Assembly (NCBI GenBank): GCA_947470805.1
Contig: CANIVU010000029.1
Span: 1,583 to 65,582 of the forward strand
DNA: 64,000 nt
Direction: 5' to 3'
From: Acidobacteriota bacterium
GTDB lineage: Bacteria; Acidobacteriota; Terriglobia; Bryobacterales; Bryobacteraceae
Shown: piece by piece, positions 28,848 through 37,344 of the stretch
Layout of the letters: the number at the start of each line of letters is the position of its first letter
How positions within the stretch are numbered: the first letter of the stretch is position 1
The notes under the pieces: model-generated
Database searches by the model: none
What the model was told of the DNA's origin: nothing
What the model saw: the letters and a program-made list of their open reading frames with translations, nothing else
Program-made: the position numbers and the translations under genes

Positions 28848-29902
28848 ATGGCACCTTCCGGTTTGCGCGCGCCGTAGGGGCGGGGCGGCGTCAGGCGGTC
28901 GATCAGCGGGGACAGCGCGTTGCCGAGAAGGATGGCGCACATGACGCCTTCGGCGAGGCCGCCGAGGTTGCGGATGAGGATGGTCAACACGCCCATCAGC
29001 ACGCCGTAGATCCACATGCCGCGCGGGGTGACCGGGGAGGCCACCGGGTCCGTCGCCATGAAGGTGGCGCCGAGGAGCAGGCCGCCGGTGAAGAGCATGA
29101 AGAGCGGGTCGGGGTAGCGGGCAGGGTCAAGGAGATGGAACCCCGCCGCCGCTGCCACCGCCCCGCTCAGCATCGCTACGGGGATGCGCCAATCCATCAT
29201 GTGGCGGAAGACCAGGTAGGCGCCGCAGAGGAGAATCAGGAACCCCGGGATTTCGCCCGATGAGCCCGCGCGCTGGCCCCAGAACATGGGCCAGGGGTCG
29301 GTGTAGATGTGGTCGAATTTTTGGAGGACTAATGGAGTGGCGCCGGTGAAGCCGTCGACGCGGACCTGCGAGATCCAGTCGGCGATGGGCGGCGGTTTCA
29401 TCAGCGGCATGGTCCAGGTGGTGGGGACGAATTCGGCGAAGCGCGCTTTGGCTAGGGTCGGCGTGTAGGTGGTGATGGCCACCGGGAAAGCCGCTTGCAG
29501 AAAGGCGCGGCCGACGAGGGCCGGATTGAAGACATTAGACCCGAGACCGCCGAAGAGCAGTTTGCCGGGGGCGATGGCGACCAGGCTGCCGAGCAACGCC
29601 ATCCACAGCGGGAAGCCGGGAGGGAGAGTGAGCCCGAGCAACAGGCCGGTGATGGCGGCGCTGTAGTCGTTGACGGTGGAGGCATTGCCATTGGCGCGGC
29701 AGAGAATATGTTCGGCCAGCACGCAACCGGCGGTGGTTGTCGCGAGCAGCACCAGGGCGCTGAGGCCGAACTGCCAAACGGAGAACGCGGCCAGCGGCAG
29801 CATGGCGTAGACCACGTTCCGCATGATCATGTCCACGGAAAGCGGCCCGTGAAGATGCGGGGACGTGCGGACTTCGATGATGGTCGTGGTGACACCGCTC
29901 AT
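28844..29902 (-). CDS. rnfD: Rnf complex subunit D
   Basis: ORF trimmed to ATG 29902. SPHLHGPLSVDMIMRNVVYAMLP and FTGATPL (flavinylation-type motif). Polytopic. Confidence 0.92.
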   Translation of the reverse strand: MSGVTTTIIEVRTSPHLHGPLSVDMIMRNVVYAMLPLAAFSVWQFGLSALVLLATTTAGCVLAEHILCRANGNASTVNDYSAAITGLLLGLTLPPGFPLWMALLGSLVAIAPGKLLFGGLGSNVFNPALVGRAFLQAAFPVAITTYTPTLAKARFAEFVPTTWTMPLMKPPPIADWISQVRVDGFTGATPLVLQKFDHIYTDPWPMFWGQRAGSSGEIPGFLILLCGAYLVFRHMMDWRIPVAMLSGAVAAAAGFHLLDPARYPDPLFMLFTGGLLLGATFMATDPVASPVTPRGMWIYGVLMGVLTILIRNLGGLAEGVMCAILLGNALSPLIDRLTPPRPYGARKPEGAI

Positions 29903-31224
29903 GCGCGCGCCTTCCTTTCCCGGTTCATCTGCTTGGCGACTCGGAAATACTGCACCAGCGGGATGTGCGCCGGACAGACATAGCTGCAACAGGCGCATTC
30001 AAAACAGTCGTTCAAGTGGTAGATCTCTTCCATCTCTTCGTAGCGATCCTTGCGCGCCAGCAGGCCCAGGTGGGAGGGGTCCAGATGCAGCGGGCAGACA
30101 TCGACGCAGGCCGCGCAGTGGATGCAGGGGTAGATAGTTTCGGCCTTCTTCGCGGGCATCACCAGGACGCCGGTAACGCCTTTGGTGAGGGGGATGTCGA
30201 AGGAGCCGACGGCCGGGCCCATCATGGGGCCGCCGAGGATGATCGACGCCGCCTGGTCGGTGCAACCGGCTTGTTCCAGCACCCAGCGCAACGGCGTGCC
30301 GAGGGGGATGAGGTAGTTGCCGGGCTTGCTGACGGCGGGTCCGGTGACGGTGACGACGCGCTCAATGAGCCCGTGGCGGTGCGGCAGCAGTTCGCCGATC
30401 TGGGCGAGCGTGGCGACGTTGAAGACGGCGAGGCCGACATCGGCGGGCAGACCACCGGTGGGGATTTCGCGGCCGAGCAACACTTTGACCAGCATCTTCT
30501 CGGCGCCTTGCGGGTACTTGGCGGCGACGGCTTCGATGGTGATATCAGGCCGGTCCGCATTGGCTTTGCGGAGCGCGGCGATGGCGTCCGGCTTGTTGTC
30601 TTCGACGCCGATGACGGCGCGTTCGACACCGAGCGCCCGCATCACCACACGCGTGCCGTGTAGCACCTGTTTGGGGTACTCCACCATCACGCGATGATCA
30701 GTGGTGAGATACGGTTCGCACTCGCAACCATTGACGACGACGGTATCGATATGCCGTCCCTGCGGGGGCTTCAATTTGACGTGTGTCGGGAATGCCGCGC
30801 CGCCCAGACCCACGACGCCGGTCGCCTGCACGGCGGCGATGACTTCAGCCGGCGACATCTGTGTGATGTCCTGATCGGAGCCGTAGAGCACCTCCTGGCT
30901 GGCGCTGGGATACGGCTTGATGTAGATGGCCATGGTCAACTCGCCGCGGGCGCTGGGCGCCGGGGCGATGCGTTCCACGCGGCCGGTGGCGGGGGCGTGC
31001 ATGGGGACGCTCATGAAGCCATCGGCTTCAGCGATCGGTTCACCTCGCACCACTTCCTGACCCTCGCGAACGATGGCCTTGGCCGGTTTGCCGGCGTGTT
31101 GCAACAGCGGGACGACGAGCAATGGCGGGAACGGCAGACGCCGAATCGGCAGATGCGCGGTCTGCTCCTTGTTTTCCGGGACATGTACGCCCCGCCATAA
31201 CCGTTTTGTTCCGAAGAGGTTCAT
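29899..31224 (-). CDS. rnfC: Rnf complex subunit C
   Basis: VPLLQHAGKPAKAIVREGQEVVRGEPIA. NADH-site-like GLGGAAFPTHVKL. Two 4Fe-4S motifs, CIHCAACVDVCP and CFECACCSYVCP. Confidence 0.92.
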   Translation of the reverse strand: MNLFGTKRLWRGVHVPENKEQTAHLPIRRLPFPPLLVVPLLQHAGKPAKAIVREGQEVVRGEPIAEADGFMSVPMHAPATGRVERIAPAPSARGELTMAIYIKPYPSASQEVLYGSDQDITQMSPAEVIAAVQATGVVGLGGAAFPTHVKLKPPQGRHIDTVVVNGCECEPYLTTDHRVMVEYPKQVLHGTRVVMRALGVERAVIGVEDNKPDAIAALRKANADRPDITIEAVAAKYPQGAEKMLVKVLLGREIPTGGLPADVGLAVFNVATLAQIGELLPHRHGLIERVVTVTGPAVSKPGNYLIPLGTPLRWVLEQAGCTDQAASIILGGPMMGPAVGSFDIPLTKGVTGVLVMPAKKAETIYPCIHCAACVDVCPLHLDPSHLGLLARKDRYEEMEEIYHLNDCFECACCSYVCPAHIPLVQYFRVAKQMNRERKARA

Positions 31225-31243
31225 GCGAGTGACTCCTGCGGCA

Positions 31244-34200
31244 CTAGTTGTACTTCGCCGCGCGCTTCACGAGCTTCTCCAAATCCTTCTCCGACGGGTC
31301 CATGGGCTGCCCGGGGTGAATGACCTGCGCCGTGCACTTTTCGGCCGCTTTCACCAGATCGCGATACGGTCCGCCCTTCGCGTTCTTGATAATGGCCTGT
31401 TTGTTCTCGTTGTAGGCGAAGATGCGGTTGTTGATCCGCATGCACTCGTCGCAAGAGGTGCACATGGAGGATTCGATCCAAGGTGCGCTGGAGGCCGCGG
31501 CGGGGGCGGCGGGAGCCGGGGCGGGGGCGACCGATGTCGCTGTAGGGACCGGGGCGGCGACGGCCTTGACGGCCATCGGCGCCGGAGCCGCGCCGTCACC
31601 GAGCAGGCTGCCATTGGCAACCATCTCCAGCAACTGCGCCGCAATGGACTGCGCGAATTCGCTGCGCGCCTGTTCGGCGATCGCCGTTGTGTCGACGGCG
31701 GGCCGGACGCCTGCCAGCGACTTCAAGAGCCGCCAGAAGTGGCGTCGATCCTCGCAGGAGTGAACCAACGGTTCGGCGGGAATCACGCGGATCAGCTTGT
31801 TCTTCTTGTTCACCGCCCAGATGTAGGGGAACTTCCCTTCCCTGTCGTCGGCTTCGAACTCTAGATACTCGGCGAGCGGGACCATGTTGTCGTTCCAGGC
31901 GTCGCGCGGTACCGTGCGGAACTGTTTGCGGAAGCGGCCTTCGGTCATGGCGAAGTCGGCGAAGGTCATCGGGACCTCCATTTCGCCGGGCGCGCCGTTC
32001 TCGTCCTGATACTTCAGGGTATAGGTCGGCCAGTCGTCGTCGAGCGAGGGATTGCCGTCGAGGTTCAAGCACTCTTCCGGCAGGTTTCCCTTGTCGGGGT
32101 TGTAGCGGAGGATGGGGTAGGCCCGCGATTCGACGGCGAGCTTGCTCTGGAATTCCGCCAGATCGTCGGCGATTCCGTGCTCCGGCATGCAGGGGCTGTA
32201 GATGTTGAACAGCGCTGGCCGGCGAGCGTTCAGGCCTTCGACGAACGATTCGATCAGGTGCGACGTATTCGCCGTCGTGCCCTGGGCGATGAAGGTCGTT
32301 CGGTGCGCCATGCCGATGAGCGCGATCTCCTTTCGGATCTCTTCCTTGCCGTGGAACGCTTTGCCGTACTGAGCCATATCGGAAACCTGACCCGTAAAGC
32401 CGGACGTGCATGCCTGGCCGCCGGTGTTCGAATAGACCTGCGTATCGAGCACCAACACCTTGATCGGCTTACCGGACATCATCATGCGCGACAGGTTTTG
32501 GAAGCCGATATCGTACATCGCGCCATCGCCGCCGATGGAGACGACAGGCGGGCAGAGGTGGAACTCCTCGTCGGTGAACTGCTTCCAGTTGAAGTAGGTG
32601 AAGAACTCGCCGTGCTTCTCTTTGCGGTAACCGCCGTCGAGTTCCATCTCGGCCATCCGGATGGCGACGAAGCCTTCGGCCATGCGGGCCATGTGGCCTT
32701 CAAAGATACCCATCGCCATGGACGGCGAATCCTGGAAGAGGTGGTTCGTCCACGGGAACGGGTAGGGGTTGAAGGGGTAGGTCGACGCCCATACGGACGT
32801 GCAACCGGTGGAGTTGACGATGCCCATGCTGGCGCGGCCGCGGCGGCCGGCACCGTCGGTGTACTGCCAGCGCAGGTGCTTCAACTTGGCGATTAGCTGC
32901 GACACCCAGCGGAGCCATTCCGGATCGATGGTCTTGCCGGCGTGGCGGGCGTCGAGTTGTTCAGAGAAACTCGCCAGCGTGACATCGGCGTTGTGCAGAT
33001 GGTCGAGCGCGTTGGCCACACGGGCGTCGTCACTGAGATCGATCGTGGCCGCGAGCTTCAACCGCGTGTGCTGGTCGAGCCGGGCAATCAGATCGTCGAT
33101 CTTCTCAATCTGCCGGGCCACGCGCGGTTGCATCAGCGCTTCCGCGGTCGCAACAAAGAGGTGCACCACGGTCTTCTCACCACAGCCCAGGCAGGCGCCG
33201 TCGCCGCCCACCATGCCCATGTAGTTCTTCCTGTCGAGCAGCAGCGTATGCAGCGCGCCGATGCCCTCGTCGAGGCTATCGATGCGTATGAACTCGGGGG
33301 CCGTTGTCGGCAGGGACTGCCACAGATCCCAGTTACGCCGCAGCTTCTCCGTCGATTCCGGCGTCTGCGTCACCGGCTTCAGCGCGTTGTCGTTACAGAC
33401 CTTGACACACTCCATGCAGCCCTTACAGGCGAACGGATTGACGGTAATCGACAACAGACCGCCGGATCCCTGCTGCTTTTTCTCGCGCGCCGTCCAGAAG
33501 GGCTGCGGCGTGGCAAAGGCAAAGTCACCGACCGCGGCGCGCAGGTTGTGCAGTTCCTCGGTGAGTTCCTTCTTCTCGGTGTTTTCGAGCGGATAGGCCG
33601 CCAGCAAATCTTCCATCGCGGCGTCGAGCATCTTGCCGACGTCGGGCCTGCTCATGCCGTCGCCGAGCTTCGCGCGCAGCTTCTGGTCCAAGGTACGAAT
33701 GGCTCGGGGCAACTGCCTGGCTGGCTGGCCGTTGGCGATCACTTTCTTCATCGCCGTTTCCAACACGGCCAGCACAGAGTGCACGAGGCCGGGAATCGCG
33801 CTGTCGGGACAAATCGTGTAGCAGGCGCCGCACGCCGTGCAGTTCTCCGGCAGCCATTCGGGATGCTCGAACCGCACGCCGGTCATGTCGCGGAACAGAG
33901 CCGTGGTGGCGGGGATGAAGCTGAGGCCGATAAACGGGTCGGCCAGATTGTCGTTCCCGCGGCCGGTGGCGTAAAAGGTGCCGGTCTGCTCCCAGAAGCG
34001 GTGGATGTCGGTGGTCGCCGTCGCCGCGGCCACTTGCCGCTGCAGCACCATCGGCACATCCGGCGCCTTGCGAACGGCGAGCGGAGTGGCGTTGATTTTT
34101 TTGTCTTTAATCTCCTTCACCTCGTCGAATCCGCGGCGCACGACGCGCACGTTGTCTTCTACCACTCGCGCGCCCTTGGTGCCGAACTTGTGCTCGAGTT

Positions 34201-36184
34201 GCAAGCGGATGGCCTGGAACAGATTCTGATCGGTCAACTTCGCCTGGCCCATCAACGGCGAGGCCGCAAAGAAGGCGCCCTGGAAGGCGTTGCCCTGCAT
34301 GCGGAACTGCAGTTCGACGTCAGTGGCCTCTTCGCGGGCGATTTTAAAGGCGTCCAGGTAGTAGAGGTGAATCTCGTTGTCGATCAGAATCCGCTGGAAC
34401 TTCTCAGGAATCTGTTGCCAGACGTCGGCCGGATCGGTATGCGCGCTCTGCAAAATGAACACGCCGCCGCGCTTCAAACCAGCCAGAGGATTGGAGTGCA
34501 GGAACACGTTCGGATCGGGCGAGAGCACCACGTCCACGTAGAAGTAGTCGCAGTTGACGCGAATCGGCTCGGGCGCCGCGGCCAGGTAGTAGGTGGTCGG
34601 TTGCCCCTTCTTTTCGGAACCGTATTTCGGGTTGGCTTTGATGTGATAGCCCAACAGGTCAAACAGCGTCATCGCCAGGTTTTTGCCTGTCGTGATCGCG
34701 CCCCAGCCGCCCACCGAATGGAACCGCACAGTGATGCTGTTTTTCGGCATCAGGTTCGGATTCTCGCTGCCATGGACGGCCAGCGCCTTCAGCCCCGGAT
34801 AGGCGTCGGCCACCTGGATCTGATGGATCTCCTGTTTCGGTGTGAACGGCTTGTCGTGCACGAAGTCGATCGACAGGTAGAAAAACCTCCGTTTGCCGCC
34901 GTTCGGCAACATGTTTTCAATCGCGCCAATCAGCCCTTCCGGCTGTAAGTCGCGGCTGCCCAGGCCGAACGAACCGGAATACAGCGGCGGCATATCTTCG
35001 GCTTTTTTATAGCTCGCGTAGCCTTCGTGCACCACGCCGGAGCGGCCATTCTCCACGCAGCGGCCCAGCGCCGCGCGCACTTCACGGATCAGCGGCAAAT
35101 CTTCGGCCAGCGGTTGATCCACGCGTTCCAGTACGGTCACGCCCTTGCGGCCCTGCAGCAAGGCGCCCAGCACATCGCCGGGGAACGGGCGGAACATCGT
35201 AAGGTTCACGACGCCCACTTTCAGCTTCCGGGTCTCGCGCAGATAGTCGGCCACAACCTCGGCCGTCACCAGCATGCTGCCCATTCCAAGGATCAGGTAT
35301 TCAGCGTCTTCGGCGCGATAGGTGGACACGCGCTGATAGCGGCGCCCGGTCAGCGCGTAGAACTCCTCCATCGCCTGATCGGTGATCCCTGCAATATGGG
35401 CGAAGAAGTAGGGCCGTTGCGCGGCCACGCTCTGCATGTAGGCGTCCTGGTTTTGCACCGTCCCGATCATCACGGGATTGTCCACCGTCCACAGCTCCGG
35501 AATGCGGCGCCGTTGCGGCCCGTAGAGGAGCCGTTGCGCCGGGGTCGGCGTGTCGATGATGTCGTCCGGCCGGCCCAGGTATTCCTGAATCAACTCGCGC
35601 TCCGGTAGCAGCAGCGATTCGATCAAGTGCGTGGTAAGAAACCCGTCCTGCGCGCAGATGCCCGGCGTCAACGACAGTTCGGCGATCCGGTGCGAGATGA
35701 TGTTCAAATCGCACACTTCCTGCGCGCTCTTGCCAAAGAGTTGGAAGAACCCGGTGTCATCAATGCAGTGATAGTCGTCGTGGCCGGCGTGCACATTCAG
35801 CGTCGATTTCGTCATCGCGCGGCAGCCCATGTTCAGTACATAAGTGAGCCGCTTGCCGACGGCCGCGTACAGCGACTCGTGCATGTAGGCAATGCCCTGC
35901 CCCGACGAAAAATTGGTCGCGCGCAGCCCGGTCATCGAAAGCCCGGCCGTCACGGCGGCGGCGGCATGTTCGCCTTCCGGTTCAATGAAAATCAACGGGC
36001 GGCCGGAGATGTTGATGTGGCCTTTGGCCGACTCTTCAGCCCAGTATTCGCCCATCTGCGTGGAGGGAGTGATCGGGTATGCACCCGCGGCGTCGCTCGA
36101 CTCCCGTTCGCACATAACGACGGCGGTGTTCCCATCCATCGCCTGCCGCACGCCGGGGTAACGGAAGCTCTGTTTGCCATTCAT
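31244..36184 (-). CDS. Giant (1646 aa) pyruvate/2-oxoacid:ferredoxin oxidoreductase-like protein with C-terminal ferredoxin-like domain
   Basis: Core motifs: AYPITPSTQMGEYW; VRFHSVGGWGAITTGKNLA; CTACGACYTICP and CKGCMECVKVCN; GDGACLGCGEKT; STGCTSVWAS; GGDGAMYDIGFQNL...LDTQVYSNTGGQ. These are followed by an Ala/Pro linker and then CTSCDECMRINN...AAEKCTAQVIHPG. Confidence 0.9.
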   Translation of the reverse strand: MNGKQSFRYPGVRQAMDGNTAVVMCERESSDAAGAYPITPSTQMGEYWAEESAKGHINISGRPLIFIEPEGEHAAAAVTAGLSMTGLRATNFSSGQGIAYMHESLYAAVGKRLTYVLNMGCRAMTKSTLNVHAGHDDYHCIDDTGFFQLFGKSAQEVCDLNIISHRIAELSLTPGICAQDGFLTTHLIESLLLPERELIQEYLGRPDDIIDTPTPAQRLLYGPQRRRIPELWTVDNPVMIGTVQNQDAYMQSVAAQRPYFFAHIAGITDQAMEEFYALTGRRYQRVSTYRAEDAEYLILGMGSMLVTAEVVADYLRETRKLKVGVVNLTMFRPFPGDVLGALLQGRKGVTVLERVDQPLAEDLPLIREVRAALGRCVENGRSGVVHEGYASYKKAEDMPPLYSGSFGLGSRDLQPEGLIGAIENMLPNGGKRRFFYLSIDFVHDKPFTPKQEIHQIQVADAYPGLKALAVHGSENPNLMPKNSITVRFHSVGGWGAITTGKNLAMTLFDLLGYHIKANPKYGSEKKGQPTTYYLAAAPEPIRVNCDYFYVDVVLSPDPNVFLHSNPLAGLKRGGVFILQSAHTDPADVWQQIPEKFQRILIDNEIHLYYLDAFKIAREEATDVELQFRMQGNAFQGAFFAASPLMGQAKLTDQNLFQAIRLQLEHKFGTKGARVVEDNVRVVRRGFDEVKEIKDKKINATPLAVRKAPDVPMVLQRQVAAATATTDIHRFWEQTGTFYATGRGNDNLADPFIGLSFIPATTALFRDMTGVRFEHPEWLPENCTACGACYTICPDSAIPGLVHSVLAVLETAMKKVIANGQPARQLPRAIRTLDQKLRAKLGDGMSRPDVGKMLDAAMEDLLAAYPLENTEKKELTEELHNLRAAVGDFAFATPQPFWTAREKKQQGSGGLLSITVNPFACKGCMECVKVCNDNALKPVTQTPESTEKLRRNWDLWQSLPTTAPEFIRIDSLDEGIGALHTLLLDRKNYMGMVGGDGACLGCGEKTVVHLFVATAEALMQPRVARQIEKIDDLIARLDQHTRLKLAATIDLSDDARVANALDHLHNADVTLASFSEQLDARHAGKTIDPEWLRWVSQLIAKLKHLRWQYTDGAGRRGRASMGIVNSTGCTSVWASTYPFNPYPFPWTNHLFQDSPSMAMGIFEGHMARMAEGFVAIRMAEMELDGGYRKEKHGEFFTYFNWKQFTDEEFHLCPPVVSIGGDGAMYDIGFQNLSRMMMSGKPIKVLVLDTQVYSNTGGQACTSGFTGQVSDMAQYGKAFHGKEEIRKEIALIGMAHRTTFIAQGTTANTSHLIESFVEGLNARRPALFNIYSPCMPEHGIADDLAEFQSKLAVESRAYPILRYNPDKGNLPEECLNLDGNPSLDDDWPTYTLKYQDENGAPGEMEVPMTFADFAMTEGRFRKQFRTVPRDAWNDNMVPLAEYLEFEADDREGKFPYIWAVNKKNKLIRVIPAEPLVHSCEDRRHFWRLLKSLAGVRPAVDTTAIAEQARSEFAQSIAAQLLEMVANGSLLGDGAAPAPMAVKAVAAPVPTATSVAPAPAPAAPAAASSAPWIESSMCTSCDECMRINNRIFAYNENKQAIIKNAKGGPYRDLVKAAEKCTAQVIHPGQPMDPSEKDLEKLVKRAAKYN

Positions 36185-37101
36185 GAGTGCACTCCTTGAG
36201 TTGAACTATTTGCCCGCTGCAGAGGCAGGTCCGCCTCGGCCACAGGTAACGGCGATTGCCGTGTAATTCGCTTTGCGTCCAGGCCGCGCATGGGCGGCTT
36301 GTCCTTTTCCATCCACACGATTGCCCCGGTCGGGCAGCGCTGGATGGGCGTTGGTGTCGCCAGCGCGTTTCGCGCATAGTCGACCACCGCCAGATTGTTG
36401 ACAATTTGAATCAGCCCCGCAGGCGCATCCGCGGCGCAACGTCCGCACGCCGTGCAGGCAACTTCGCAATCCAACTCCGACTGCTGCCCGTCGGCTAGAT
36501 TCTTACAGGCTACCCACAGGCGGTGGCTCACCAGATGCAAAGAAAACAGTTGTTTCGGGCAGATGTCGACACAATCGCCACACGCGGTGCACATGGAAGG
36601 CATCACGACGGGCAGGCTGTGACGATCCATCGTGATCGCCTTGAAATCGCAGACCCGCTCGCAATCCCCCAGGCCCAGGCACCCCCAACTGCAACCCTTG
36701 CCACCACCGTTGACCAATGCTGCCGCACGGCAGGTCTGCAAACCCACGTATTGAGCCCGGTGGCGCGCCACATGGGGCCCGCCAGCACAGGCTAATCGCG
36801 CCACCCGGCGTTCTTCGGTCCCGGCGTCGATCTGCAATAACGCGGCGATCGCCTGCACCCCATCCGGCGTGCTAACCGTGCACTTGCCCGGCGCGATTTC
36901 GCCCTTTACCGCCTTCTCCGCGAACGCCCGGCAACCCGCGCAGCCGCAGGCGCCGCAGTTGGCCTTCGGCAGCATCCCCTCGACTTCATCGATTCGAGGA
37001 TCCTCATACACATACAACTTCCTGTCGGCATAAGCGAGCATCGCCGCCAGTGCGACCCCGATCCCGCCCATCACCCCGCCGGCAACCAGGAACTCATTCA
37101 T
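36181..37101 (-). CDS. rnfB: Rnf complex subunit B (polyferredoxin)
   Basis: N-terminal TM at VAGGVMGGIGVALAAMLAY. Motifs: CGACGCAGCRAFAEKA, then CSWGCLGLGDCERVC, CTACGDCVDICP and CTACGRCAADAP. The stop overlaps the PFOR start (ATGA 36181-36184). Confidence 0.88.
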   Translation of the reverse strand: MNEFLVAGGVMGGIGVALAAMLAYADRKLYVYEDPRIDEVEGMLPKANCGACGCAGCRAFAEKAVKGEIAPGKCTVSTPDGVQAIAALLQIDAGTEERRVARLACAGGPHVARHRAQYVGLQTCRAAALVNGGGKGCSWGCLGLGDCERVCDFKAITMDRHSLPVVMPSMCTACGDCVDICPKQLFSLHLVSHRLWVACKNLADGQQSELDCEVACTACGRCAADAPAGLIQIVNNLAVVDYARNALATPTPIQRCPTGAIVWMEKDKPPMRGLDAKRITRQSPLPVAEADLPLQRANSSTQGVHS

Positions 37102-37344
37102 ACTTTCACCCTCCTCGTCGCGCCATCCCGCCCGGAGACGGTGGGGGATATGCCCCGGTGGCCGGGGGCCCCATCGGCCCGCTCACCCGAAAGGGCGCCG
37201 GAAACGATAGAAAAAGTCCTGATTTCGGCCTTTTTTGTGGTTATCCATGTCCTCATAGTGGCTCTGTCCGCAGCTTTTCCTTCGCAAGATCAGGGCCAAA
37301 CCGGCGATTCCGTTTGGCATTCAACTTGCACCCCACCCCACCGT
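37102..37344. promoter_or_regulatory. Divergent control region between rnfB operon and apbE-kor operon
   Basis: 243-bp non-coding gap between two outward-facing start codons. It contains the only AT-rich stretch nearby (gatagaaaaagtcctgatttcggccttttttgtggttatcc). No specific operator recognised. Confidence 0.3.

Noticed and set aside
18613-37344. Skew sign changes interpreted as replication origin or terminus
   Set aside because: Two opposite switches occur within less than 19 kb. I recognised no dnaA, dnaN, DnaA-box cluster or dif-like context. An inverted or inserted block explains the pattern better.
18613-37344. Skew-reversed block interpreted as a prophage or integrative mobile element
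   Set aside because: I found no integrase, transposase, tRNA target, phage gene or flanking direct repeat. The content is metabolic and housekeeping (rlmA, transporter, Rnf).
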